Assembly: GCA_039027855.1 (NCBI GenBank)
Contig: JBCCJI010000014.1
Span: 33,492-97,491 of the forward strand
Reading direction: 5' to 3'
Source: Pseudomonadota bacterium
GTDB lineage: Bacteria; Pseudomonadota; Alphaproteobacteria; Rhodobacterales; Rhodobacteraceae
Length of the DNA: 64,000 bases
Part shown: one piece after another, positions 18,391-30,106 of the stretch
Numbering within the stretch: the first letter of the stretch is position 1
How the letters are laid out: each line of letters opens with the position of its first letter
The notes under the pieces: model-generated
The model's input: the letters and a program-made list of their open reading frames with translations, nothing else
What the model was told of the DNA's origin: nothing
Database searches by the model: none
Made by a program: the position numbers and the translations under genes

Positions 18391-20333
18391 CAGAAGGCCT
18401 GGCCGATCGAGATGAAGAACTGGAAGGCGTCGTCTTCCTCGCGGGCATCCAGCGGCACGGCGACATCGAGCCGGATTGGGCCGACGGGGGAATAGTACCG
18501 GATACCGCCGCCGACGCCGACCTGCACGCCATCTTCGAAGCTCGGAAAGATCTCGGGGCTGACCGATCCCGCCTCGGCAAAGACCACGCCGCCGAGATCG
18601 CCGAAGATCGGGTAGCGCAGCTCGAGCCCGGCCTCGACCACCGATCGGCCACCGACCGGATCGCCATCCTCGTCGAGCTCGCCGACGAAATCCTCGGCGA
18701 AGCCACGGATCGAGCCGGAGCCGCCGGAGTAGAAGCGCCGCGTGGCCGGCACGTCATCCAGGCTGTCGGAGGGCAGCACGCCAAGGCGGGTGCGCCCGGC
18801 CAGCACCCAGCGGCGTTCCTCGTCGAAGGGGATGTAGGTGCTGGCCGAAGTGTCGATCCGCGTAAACAGCGTGGCTTTACTGTCGAAACTGCCGGCAAAC
18901 GGTGTCAGCTCCACCCGGGCGCGGACACCGCTGGTCGGGTTCAACAGATCGCCGGTGCTGTCATAAGCCGCAAACAGCGGGATACCGGCAAGGAGCGCTG
19001 TCTCTTCCTCGTCCTCATCGGTGATCAGGCTGGCTTCCAACAAACCGCTCGCGCCGACGATCCACTCATCCGAGAGGGTGCGGGTCAGACCGGCGGTCAG
19101 CGTCACGCCCAGCTCCTCGAAGGCATCGTCATCGATCCGGCGCAGCTCGAAGGAGGACACGAAATCCTGCTTCGGGCGAAGATACTGCGGCTTGCGGTAC
19201 TCGGCGCGCGCCACCTGCTGATCGAGCGAGGCATCGAGGGTCAGGTTAAGCCGCTCGCCCGCGCCGAAGAGGTTGCGATGCTCAAAGCCGGTGCGCACGC
19301 CCGGCCCCTCATCGGTGTTGAAGCGCACGCCTGCCGTGACGGTGCGGAACGGCGCCTCCTGCAGGACGGCGCGGACCGGTGCTGCGCCCGGGCTGCCATC
19401 CGCCGGTCCCTCCGGCTGCTGCTCGGGCAAGGTCACAAAGCCCGAGCGAAACAGACCCGTCGACAGAAGCGCGCGCTGGTATTCCGAAAGCCGCGCCGGG
19501 TCGACAGGATCGCCCTCTTGCCACAGAATGTAAGTCTCGAGATAGGCGGTTGAGACGTTTGGCGCGCCCTCGATGGTCAGCGGGCCGAAACGCCACTGCC
19601 GACCGGTGATGATCCGGCTGTCGACTTCCAGCGTGCCGGTTTCGAGATCGGCGAGCGAGCCGCGGCCATCGGGTTCGGCATAGAAAAACCCCTGCTCGCG
19701 GATCGCGGCCAGCGCCCGGCCCTCGGCCGCCAGGATCGGTGCCGCCTCGGCCGTCATGCCGATGGGGCTGCCATAGGCCTCGGCAGGGCCGATGGCAGGC
19801 GGCGCGCCGGGCTCGAAGCCGGTCAGCGCGAAGCTGTGTCGGGCAAGCTGGAACGCCGCGCCGGGGTCGATCACCACACGGGCGACCGCTTCGGTTAGGA
19901 CGGTCTCCCCATCCTCGGGCGTTTCGCCAGATACTTCGTTTGCTGGCGCTTCCTCGGCTGACGTCTCCTCGATCTCGACCGCCACCGAGGGTCGGAAATA
20001 GCCGAAACTCGCCAGGATGCGGCGGGCGATCGCGATATCGCCCTCTGCCCGGCGGCGCAGAAAGGCGATGGACTGGGCGCCATTTTCCTGACGCCGATAG
20101 ATCGCCAGTGATCCCTGAAGCAGGGCGTCAATTTCGGGTGTTGGCGCGCCAATTACCTCGGGGGTGTAGGTGACCGTGGTTTCGGGCGGTTCGAAATCCA
20201 CCACCTCTTCGAAATCGCCGCCGCCCCCACAGGCCGCCAACATAAGGGCTGCCGTGACGACGAGCGCGGCGCGGTACGGCCTGGGGACGCGAGGCGTCAG
20301 AGGGCAGGCGGGCATCGAATGACGGGGGGGCAT
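18390..20333 (-). CDS. tamA: Omp85-family autotransporter assembly protein TamA
   Basis: POTRA-like region, FEHRNLFGAGE, RFYSGGSGSIRGF, YYSPVGPIRLDVAVP, C-terminal FFISIGQAF. Confidence 0.92.
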   Translation of the reverse strand: MPPRHSMPACPLTPRVPRPYRAALVVTAALMLAACGGGGDFEEVVDFEPPETTVTYTPEVIGAPTPEIDALLQGSLAIYRRQENGAQSIAFLRRRAEGDIAIARRILASFGYFRPSVAVEIEETSAEEAPANEVSGETPEDGETVLTEAVARVVIDPGAAFQLARHSFALTGFEPGAPPAIGPAEAYGSPIGMTAEAAPILAAEGRALAAIREQGFFYAEPDGRGSLADLETGTLEVDSRIITGRQWRFGPLTIEGAPNVSTAYLETYILWQEGDPVDPARLSEYQRALLSTGLFRSGFVTLPEQQPEGPADGSPGAAPVRAVLQEAPFRTVTAGVRFNTDEGPGVRTGFEHRNLFGAGERLNLTLDASLDQQVARAEYRKPQYLRPKQDFVSSFELRRIDDDAFEELGVTLTAGLTRTLSDEWIVGASGLLEASLITDEDEEETALLAGIPLFAAYDSTGDLLNPTSGVRARVELTPFAGSFDSKATLFTRIDTSASTYIPFDEERRWVLAGRTRLGVLPSDSLDDVPATRRFYSGGSGSIRGFAEDFVGELDEDGDPVGGRSVVEAGLELRYPIFGDLGGVVFAEAGSVSPEIFPSFEDGVQVGVGGGIRYYSPVGPIRLDVAVPLDAREEDDAFQFFISIGQAF

Positions 20334-20468
20334 CGGCTCTCGGCTCGCGAACGGTTACCCCATGGCTAACCTGTCGCACGGGTTGTGCAACCGATGATCT
20401 GCTGCGGAAAGACAGTGGCATCGGCGCGACGTTGGGTCACGCGAGCGGCGCGGGTGCCAGCCGCGCTG

Positions 20469-21500
20469 TCAGGCCCCTTCGAAGCCGATGAGGACACCGG
20501 CGGTATTCAGTCCGATCTCGGCGATGGCATAGCCGCCCTCCATCACAAAGACCGTCGGCAGGCGGGCCTTGGCGATCCGCGCGCCCATGGCCGTGAAATC
20601 CGGTGTCTCGAGGGTGAAGAAGCTGATCGGATCGCCCTTGTAGGTATCGACACCGAGCGACACGACGAGCGCCTCTGCCCCGTGCGCCGCAATCCGCGCC
20701 AGCGCGTGATCGAGTGCCGCCGACCAGTCCTGCCACCCTGTGGCGCGGGGCAAAGGCAGGTTCAGGTTGGCCCCTTCGCCCGGGCCCTCGCCGGTCTCGT
20801 CGGCACCGCCAAGAAAATGGGGAAAGGCCTCGTCAGGGTCACCATGCAGCGAGGCAAAGAACACGTCGGCGCGGTGATAGAAGATCGATTGCGTGCCGTT
20901 GCCGTGGTGGAAATCGACATCCAGCACAGCGACCCGCGCGGCACCGCCATCGCGCAGCGCCTGGGCGGCGAGCGCGGCGTTGTTCAGAAAACAGTAGCCG
21001 CCATACATGTCTGCCGCGGCGTGATGGCCCGGCGGGCGGCACAGCGCAAAGGCCGCCCGGGCACCACCCGCCACGCGCGCGGCGGCACTCAAGGCGACAT
21101 CGGCGGCGGCACGCGCGGCCTGGTAGGTGCCGGGGCTGATCGCGGTCTCTCCGGCCAACGCATACCAGCCAAGCCGGCCCTCGATATCGCGCGGCACCAC
21201 CGCCCGCGTCATCCGGCGCGAGGGCCAGACCGTGGGCATCGCCTCACCCGCATTGCCGGCCGAAGCCCAGTCTTCCCATGCGCTCTCAAGAAAGGCGAGA
21301 TAACCAGCATCATGGATGCGCGCGACGGGCTCGAGCCCATGCTCGACCGGCCCCTCGGGCGGGGACAGACCCGCATCCGCAAGCGCTGCCAGGATATGAT
21401 ACACCCTCTCCGGGCACTCGAAAGGGCGCACGAGTTCCCCTCCGTGAAGCTCGGTCTTCGCATCGCGCAGCCGGTGGCGCTCGCTGTGGATCGTGATCAT
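20469..21500 (-). CDS. Histone deacetylase family protein (acetylpolyamine amidohydrolase-like)
   Basis: PFECPERV, CRPPGHHA, GGYCFLNNAA, LDVDFHHGNGTQ, LGVDTYKGDP, MEGGY. Confidence 0.9.
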   Translation of the reverse strand: MITIHSERHRLRDAKTELHGGELVRPFECPERVYHILAALADAGLSPPEGPVEHGLEPVARIHDAGYLAFLESAWEDWASAGNAGEAMPTVWPSRRMTRAVVPRDIEGRLGWYALAGETAISPGTYQAARAAADVALSAAARVAGGARAAFALCRPPGHHAAADMYGGYCFLNNAALAAQALRDGGAARVAVLDVDFHHGNGTQSIFYHRADVFFASLHGDPDEAFPHFLGGADETGEGPGEGANLNLPLPRATGWQDWSAALDHALARIAAHGAEALVVSLGVDTYKGDPISFFTLETPDFTAMGARIAKARLPTVFVMEGGYAIAEIGLNTAGVLIGFEGA

Positions 21501-21607
21501 GGAACCTTTTCCCGGCGGGTCGTGTTATCCGACGGGCGCGAAGACTTTCGGACCATGCGGTCCGCGAGGATCGCGCGCAGCAATCGACTGAACACCGGAG
21601 GCCGCTG

Positions 21608-23245
21608 ATGGACAAGGCCAGCGACGATGCAGGCGGGGCCGCGGTCGAGGCGGCGAGCGGCGAGATATCCGGCGCCGCGGGGGAGACGAGACCCTCGGGA
21701 CGGCGGATCGCGCGCGCGGCGGTCGAGATCCGCAATGCCGCCATGGCGGATATCCCGGCGATCCAGGCCCTGACGGCGGGCGCCTATCCGGGTGAGAAGC
21801 CCTATACCCAGGGCCAGATCCGGGGGCAGATCAACGCCTTTCCCGACGGGCAATTCGTCGTGACGTATGACGGCGTGGTGGTGGGGTATGCCGCGACCTT
21901 CATGGTGTCCGAGCGGCTGGCGCTCGCCGATCATAGCTGGGCCTCGATCACCGGAGACGGGCATGCCGCACAGCACAACCCCAAGGGCGATTGGCTCTAT
22001 GGCATGGAGGTCTGCGTCGACCGCGCGCGCCGGCGGCTTCGGATCGGCAAGCGGCTCTATGAGGCGCGCAAGCGGCTGTGCCAGGATCTGGGGCTGAAAG
22101 GCATCGCCTTTGGCGGCCGCCTGCCCGGCTATCAGCGCAAGCGCAAGCTTTACCCAAACCCCGACGACTACCTGCGCGCGGTGGTGGAGAAGGCGGTGCG
22201 CGATCCGGTGGCAAGCTTCCACATCCGCTCGGAATTCGAGCCGCAGCGGGTACTGCGCGGTTATCACCCCGAGGACCGCGAAAGCGGCGGGCATGCCGCG
22301 CTGATGTTGTGGCGAAACCCCTATTTCGACCCGGAATATGATCGCCAGAGCCTGCATCGGCGCGACCCGCAGGTGGCGCGGGTGACGACCGTGCAGCTGG
22401 CGGCGAAACCGGTCGAGACGCGCGAGGATTTCTACCGCCATCTCGAGCATTTCATCGACGCGGCGGCGGATTACGAAAGCGATTTCGTGGTCTTCCCCGA
22501 GCTTTTCACCCTGCAGATGCTGGCGGCGGAGAAGCGCAAGCTCGAACCCGAGGAGGCGATCGAAAAGCTCTCGACCTACACCGAGGAATTCGTCGCGCGG
22601 CTCAAGGCTTGGGCGATCGGGTTCAACATCAATATCATCGGTGGCAGCCACCCGACGCGCACCGATGACGGCGATATCCAGAACGTCGCCTATGTCGCGC
22701 TGCGCGACGGGTCGGTGCATGCGCAGGAGAAGCTGCACCCCACACCGGATGAGCGCTATTGGTGGAACATCAAGGGTGGCGACGAGATCAACGCGATCCA
22801 GACCGACTGCGGCCCGATCGGGGTGATGATCTGCTATGATAGCGAGTTCCCGGAACTGGCGCGGCGGCTGGTGGATCAGGGCGCGCGATTGCTGTTCGTG
22901 CCCTATTGCACCGACACGCGGCACGGGCATCTGCGGGTGAAATACTGCTGCCAGGCGCGCGCGGTCGAAAACCAGGCTTATGTCGTGACCGCCGGCAATG
23001 TGGGCCATCTGCCGGATGTGGAGAACATGGATATCCAGTACGCCCATTCGGCGATCTATACGCCCTGCGACTTCCCGTTCGCGCGCGACGGCATCGCGGC
23101 CGAGACCAGCGAGAATGTCGAGATGGTCGCGGTCGCCGATCTCAACCTTTCGACGCTGAGTTGGGCGCGGGCGCAGGGCTCGGTGCGCAACCTCCGCGAC
23201 CGGCGGTTCGATCTCTACAGCGTGCGCTGGAAAGAGGCCGAGTGA
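21608..23245 (+). CDS. GNAT acetyltransferase / carbon-nitrogen hydrolase fusion
   Basis: GNAT motif A VDRARRRLRIGKRLY; nitrilase triad VFPELF, QEKLH, ICYDSEFPE. Confidence 0.9.
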   Translation: MDKASDDAGGAAVEAASGEISGAAGETRPSGRRIARAAVEIRNAAMADIPAIQALTAGAYPGEKPYTQGQIRGQINAFPDGQFVVTYDGVVVGYAATFMVSERLALADHSWASITGDGHAAQHNPKGDWLYGMEVCVDRARRRLRIGKRLYEARKRLCQDLGLKGIAFGGRLPGYQRKRKLYPNPDDYLRAVVEKAVRDPVASFHIRSEFEPQRVLRGYHPEDRESGGHAALMLWRNPYFDPEYDRQSLHRRDPQVARVTTVQLAAKPVETREDFYRHLEHFIDAAADYESDFVVFPELFTLQMLAAEKRKLEPEEAIEKLSTYTEEFVARLKAWAIGFNINIIGGSHPTRTDDGDIQNVAYVALRDGSVHAQEKLHPTPDERYWWNIKGGDEINAIQTDCGPIGVMICYDSEFPELARRLVDQGARLLFVPYCTDTRHGHLRVKYCCQARAVENQAYVVTAGNVGHLPDVENMDIQYAHSAIYTPCDFPFARDGIAAETSENVEMVAVADLNLSTLSWARAQGSVRNLRDRRFDLYSVRWKEAE

Positions 23246-23294
23246 GCGGGGCAGCCTTGATCAAAGCGGCGCGCGCCATCGGCGCTGCGGCGCT

Positions 23295-24839
23295 TCAGTT
23301 CTGCGAGAGGATCAAGGGGTCTTCGGCGAAGACGACGCCGCGTATGCGCGCAGCACTGGCGTCGTAGACCGTTCCATAGCGCTCGGCCAGATCGTCGAGA
23401 AAGGCATCCCAGCGCTCTCCCGGGGCCGGATCGCCGACGGGGTCGACCTCGGCAAACACCACGACCGAGCGGCAGGATGCTGCATCGTTCGGCGTTTCGG
23501 TGACTGCAGTCCCATCCCCGAAACACTCGCCGAGCGCGCGCTCGAGCGCGGCCATGTCCGCGGTTTCGGTCTTGTGATCCAGCCGGTGCGCGCCATCGAT
23601 CCAACCAGCGCCGAAGTAACGCGCTTCGCGGTGGAGCCTGAAGAACACAAAAACCCGATCACGCTCCAGGTCGGCAAACTCGCGGACGGGGGCATGGAAT
23701 TCCAACGCATCGCTCTCGCGCTCGGGGTAATAATGGTGCGGCATCGCCGCCAATGTCGCGGCGAACGAGACGACACCGAGCCCCCAGGCGGCTGGTCGAC
23801 GCCATGACAGGATCGCGAGAACCAGCAACACGCTGGAAAAGATCGTGAAAAGCTGGATCGTGCGCACGAGGTAGATGGGATGCCAGATCCCCACGATCGC
23901 GGCGATCAGCGGCCCTGCGGCAAGGAACATGCCCATGCGGATCGCCATGTCGCGGTCGCGTAGCCAAAGCTGATACGCGCCCCACAGCAACACGAGATAC
24001 ATCAGCGGCTTGAGGTATTTCGGATAAGGATAGGCGCCCGTACTCATCTCATAGAACAGCATGGGCGTCGTGGGCAGCATCCACTTCATGTCGGGATCGC
24101 CCATCTGGCTCAGCAGGTGCAGCGTTTGCGGCACGGCCAGCAGCGTACCGATGCCAAGCATCACAACGATGACCCAGAACTCGCCCGGCCTGCCCCGCAA
24201 GAGCTGCACAACCGCGATCAGCGCAAAGCAGAAGAAGATGAAGGGCGCCGTGTAGTGGGTCATGAAGGCGAGCGTGAGCGACACGCCGCCGAGCAAGACC
24301 AACCAAGGCGTCGCCCGGCGCGAATCCAGCAACCCCTCGGGCGCGCGGAGTGCGCGCAGATAGCAGAGAAACGCCACGAGGTAGAAGAGCGTCAGCAGCG
24401 GATACATCCGCACAAAGCGCCCATAATGGATCTGCATCGGGGCGACCGCGAAGAACAGCCCGGCGAGCGCCGCGGTCTTCCAATCCAGGAAATGGCGCAG
24501 GATGACATAGAAAAGCGGGATCGCGGCGATGCTCTCGAGCACCATGAAGAGCCTGACGCTCAGGCGGCCGTCACCGAAGACCGCCACCCACGCCTTGATG
24601 CTGGCGAAGAAGACCGGCGGATGGATGTCGGTCGCGCGGTCGAGGGCGAAGAGGTCGGCCAAGCTCTGGCGCGCATAGTTGATCGAGTGAAACTCGTCGA
24701 TATGCAGCGCCCGGTGGTCGAGCCACAGCACGCGGACGGCGAAGGCGAACGCCGTCAAGGCGAGCACGACGCAAAGATCGATACGAAGCGCCGACCATGC
24801 GGCCACGCGGGCGGGCTCCTCCGTTGTGTCCGTCACCAT
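23295..24839 (-). CDS. GT-C membrane glycosyltransferase (GT39/ArnT-like)
   Basis: HIDEFHS...DIHPPVFF in the first loop; RFVRMYPL; THYTA; many TM segments. Confidence 0.75.
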   Translation of the reverse strand: MVTDTTEEPARVAAWSALRIDLCVVLALTAFAFAVRVLWLDHRALHIDEFHSINYARQSLADLFALDRATDIHPPVFFASIKAWVAVFGDGRLSVRLFMVLESIAAIPLFYVILRHFLDWKTAALAGLFFAVAPMQIHYGRFVRMYPLLTLFYLVAFLCYLRALRAPEGLLDSRRATPWLVLLGGVSLTLAFMTHYTAPFIFFCFALIAVVQLLRGRPGEFWVIVVMLGIGTLLAVPQTLHLLSQMGDPDMKWMLPTTPMLFYEMSTGAYPYPKYLKPLMYLVLLWGAYQLWLRDRDMAIRMGMFLAAGPLIAAIVGIWHPIYLVRTIQLFTIFSSVLLVLAILSWRRPAAWGLGVVSFAATLAAMPHHYYPERESDALEFHAPVREFADLERDRVFVFFRLHREARYFGAGWIDGAHRLDHKTETADMAALERALGECFGDGTAVTETPNDAASCRSVVVFAEVDPVGDPAPGERWDAFLDDLAERYGTVYDASAARIRGVVFAEDPLILSQN

Positions 24840-25036
24840 GCTTCCCCTCGGCTTTCGCAACGCAGCGTGGTGCTGTTGAACCGGCACCGCAAGCCGCCGC
24901 CTGCGCTCAAACCCCGTCATACCCGCGCAGTCCTAACGCCTTGACCGGTAACCAGCCCGTTGCGGCGGATCAAGCGCTGCCGCAGCCATAGCCAGCGGCC
25001 GCCAGCCCGGTGCCCTGGCGCAGTAGCCTGCCCGCG

Positions 25037-26095
25037 TCAGCGGTCGTTGCGGACGGGGATGGCAGCGGCGCCGAGCAGCGTGGCGACGGCATCGTGGATC
25101 ACGTTGCCGAGCGTCTCGAACCGCTGAGCGAGCGGCGAGGTGGCGCGCCAGACGAGGCCGAGTGTCCGCGACGGACCGGCGGGCCCGAAAGAGAGGCATT
25201 CCAGGGTCTCGGCGCGCACCTCGATCCGTGCCGCCATGGCAGGGATCAGGGTGACGCCCATCCCGGCCTCGGCCATCTGCGCCAATGTGGACAAAGAACT
25301 TACACTGAGCGTCTCGCCCATGCCTGGGCCCGCATCCAACCCCGTATCTCGCGCTGTCATCGAGGCGGTGGCGTCGGCCGTCACGCCCGTCCGACTGAGG
25401 CCAGCAGGGCCTAGGGCACCGGTGCCGCCCGTGCAGAACGAGAGGGCCTGATCGCGAAAGCAATGCCCCTCTTCGAGCAGGAGCAGACGCTCATCGAGCA
25501 ACATGCCGAGATTGGCTTCCGCCATCTCGCCGTCTTCCGGCACCGGCGCGCTGTCCTCGGGCCGTCGGCGGAGCATCAGGAAGGGCTCGGCGATGAGCGG
25601 CAGCGTGACGAGGCCCGGTCGCTCAGCGGGCAAGGCGAGCAGCGCAAGATCGAGCTTCGCCGCCGCGATATCGTCGAGCAGCCGCTCGGTCTGGCTTTCG
25701 CGCACCACGAGGTCGAGATCCGGCGCAGACTGGGAAAGGCGACCGAGCAGCGTCGGCAGCAGATAGGGCGCCACCGTCGGAATGATCCCGAGTGTCAGCC
25801 GGCCGGTAAGCGCGGCCGGTTCCCCCTGGCCATGGACCTGCCCGATATCGGCAAGCTCGGCGACACCCTGCAGGATCGCGCTGGCCCGGCGCGCCACCTC
25901 GTGGCCGGCCGCTGTGATCTCCACCCGGCGGGCGCGACGCTCGACAAGCGGCACGCCGATGGTGGTCTCGAGTTCACGGATCTGCATGGACAGCGCCGGC
26001 TGGCTGATGGCGACCGCCCGTGCGGCATCGCCAAAATGCCGGTGGCGCACCAGCGCATCGAAGTAGCGCAGCTGTCGGAGCGTGATCGGTATCAT
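25037..26095 (-). CDS. oxyR: Hydrogen peroxide-inducible LysR regulator OxyR
   Basis: LysR HTH (TLRQLRYF...SQPALSMQIRELE); LLLLEEGHCFRDQALSFC with both redox Cys; divergent from katG. Confidence 0.92.
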   Translation of the reverse strand: MIPITLRQLRYFDALVRHRHFGDAARAVAISQPALSMQIRELETTIGVPLVERRARRVEITAAGHEVARRASAILQGVAELADIGQVHGQGEPAALTGRLTLGIIPTVAPYLLPTLLGRLSQSAPDLDLVVRESQTERLLDDIAAAKLDLALLALPAERPGLVTLPLIAEPFLMLRRRPEDSAPVPEDGEMAEANLGMLLDERLLLLEEGHCFRDQALSFCTGGTGALGPAGLSRTGVTADATASMTARDTGLDAGPGMGETLSVSSLSTLAQMAEAGMGVTLIPAMAARIEVRAETLECLSFGPAGPSRTLGLVWRATSPLAQRFETLGNVIHDAVATLLGAAAIPVRNDR

Positions 26096-26123
26096 CAGAA
26101 AACCTGATCGCAGAATGTCGATA

Positions 26124-26144
26124 ATACGATTTTACCTGATCGTA
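26124..26144. promoter_or_regulatory. Candidate OxyR operator
   Basis: Perfect inverted repeat ATACGAT-N7-ATCGTAT between oxyR and katG, resembling the CTAT-N7-ATAG OxyR spacing; acctgatcg also repeats at 26102 and 26133. Confidence 0.55.
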
Positions 26145-26192
26145 TCAATTTGGGCAAAAGCGTGTAGGTGACATGCGCGTCGCCACCGTTAG

Positions 26193-28409
<2,217 letters not shown>

Positions 28410-28438
28410 CGCCGCTCCATCAGTGATCGGATGTGAGG

Positions 28439-28471
28439 GCCCGCCGCAGAGATGCGGCGGGCTTTGTCGTT
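28439..28471 (+). terminator. Rho-independent terminator of katG
   Basis: gcccgccgca-GAGA-tgcggcgggc followed by tttgtcgtt. Confidence 0.8.
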
Positions 28472-28716
28472 TGGTGCTTGGCAGCACCCAGCGGCTTCAC
28501 GCCGTCTTGCGCCACGGTAAGACGGCGACCGTCTCAGGGGCGCGCATGCCCTGCGCCAGCGCAGCGGCGACGCAGCGGCTTCGCTGTCGGGACATGTCAT
28601 GACAGGCGCGTCCGGACACGAAAACAACCCGTCTGGGCGCGAAATGACCTGCCGTGGGACGCCGATTGCGCCCAGAGGTCGTGGAGCCGACCACCGCAAC
28701 CTGCTAGGCTCGTCGC

Positions 28717-29535
28717 ATGTCGAAAAAGACCGAAAGCATCGAGATCCGTGTCTCACCCGAACTGAAGGCGGCGCTTGCTGCGCGGGCCGAGGACGAGGGT
28801 CGTTCCATGAGCGATCTTGTCCGCGACCTGATCGAAAGCGAGCGCTCTGGCTCTGGTTCTGGCGCTGGCGCGGGCACCCGGCAGGGCGACGGTGGCGGCC
28901 TTCCCGCAACCGATCCCGGAGACGACGAGATGATCCTGCCCTCCCGCCGTGGCGCGCTGCGTGCCGCCCTGCTCTCGCTACCCGTCGCAGCGCTTGGCGT
29001 GGTCTATGCGCTAAGCGCGCAGACACCGGCCACAGCCTCTTCGGAGTTTCGCGTGATGTTCGCCGAGCTCGACGCCAATGGCGACGGCCGCGTCGAAGCG
29101 CCCGAGTTTGCCAGTTTCCTCGTTCGCGAGGAGGAGTTCGAGCCCGAGGCCGACTGTGCCGACAAAGGCGAACCCTGCACGGCGCTGGAGCGCGCCACCA
29201 ACGAGATCGACAGACACGACAGCGACGCCAATGGCGTGATCACCTATGACGAGCTCGAGGCGTTCCTGATCCGCGAACGGGCCGAAGTGTTCATCGAGCA
29301 CGACGTGAACGCCAACGGGTTCGTCACGGCCGATGAGTTCGCGCTGGTCCAGGCCTTCCACGCGATGGAGGATGGCGAGGCGATCCCCGCCGCCTGCCGT
29401 ACCCTGATCGAGGAAGAAACGCCCGAAGGCGCCGCCGAGGCCTGCGATGCCGGAGAGCATCTGCGCATCGAGATGGCCGAGTTCGACGCCAACCGCGACG
29501 GGCGCGTCGCCTTGCTGGAGTATCTCGCCCACTGA
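28717..29535 (+). CDS. Ribbon-helix-helix / hydrophobic helix / four EF-hand protein
   Basis: N-terminal SIEIRVSPELKAALAARAEDEGRSMSDLVRDLIE (RHH pattern); EF loops DANGDGRVEAPE, DSDANGVITYDE, DVNANGFVTADE, DANRDGRVALLE. Confidence 0.8.
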   Translation: MSKKTESIEIRVSPELKAALAARAEDEGRSMSDLVRDLIESERSGSGSGAGAGTRQGDGGGLPATDPGDDEMILPSRRGALRAALLSLPVAALGVVYALSAQTPATASSEFRVMFAELDANGDGRVEAPEFASFLVREEEFEPEADCADKGEPCTALERATNEIDRHDSDANGVITYDELEAFLIRERAEVFIEHDVNANGFVTADEFALVQAFHAMEDGEAIPAACRTLIEEETPEGAAEACDAGEHLRIEMAEFDANRDGRVALLEYLAH

Positions 29536-29618
29536 GAGCCGGGGCCCCGGGTGGACCGGCGCCCTTCGGACTATCTGCGCCCAAGACCGGCTACCAAGCA
29601 CCGGCGATCAAGAACCGG

Positions 29619-29867
29619 CTACACCGTGACGGGGCGCCTTAAGGCCGCTGGCGGCGCAAGCTCCGCGCCGCCAAACAGGGTCAGCGCCTGGATGCCCGGC
29701 GTGATCCCGTCGGTCCGCCCGATCACCGTCGCGCGCCCAAGCGCCTGGCCCTGGTCATCGATCATCAGCGCCGCATCCCCGGCGCCATAGGGCGCGTTGG
29801 GATCGGTCTCGACCACCAGCGTGACAACCCAACCATCCTCCGCCGGTGGCGGCACGAATTGTGACAT
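29619..29867 (-). CDS. Small hypothetical protein (82 aa)
   Basis: SD GAGGGA upstream of ATG 29867; globular-looking sequence; no family recognised. Confidence 0.55.
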   Translation of the reverse strand: MSQFVPPPAEDGWVVTLVVETDPNAPYGAGDAALMIDDQGQALGRATVIGRTDGITPGIQALTLFGGAELAPPAALRRPVTV

Positions 29868-30041
29868 CCCCATTCCCTCGCTCCCCCAAGCGATGCGCCT
29901 GCCGCGCAGACTGCGACAAGCCCGTTGACGTTCGATTGAAGTCGCGGCGAGGCGGGGCACAGATGCTGCGACCGATGCGCCGCGGTGGGTTGCAGATCTC
30001 GCCTAACGGTGGCCTGCGACCGTCTGGACGGGTCGGCAGAA

Positions 30042-30056
30042 TGTTATAAAGTAACA
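30042..30056. promoter_or_regulatory. Zur box
   Basis: TGTTAT-AAA-GTAACA, one mismatch to the proteobacterial Zur core TGTTAT-N3-ATAACA; AT-rich island 50 nt upstream of DUF1826. Confidence 0.7.
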
Positions 30057-30106
30057 GCCCTACGAGGCCACGGGGCGCGGGCGACCGCTGTGGAGAGAGC
30101 GAGCCT

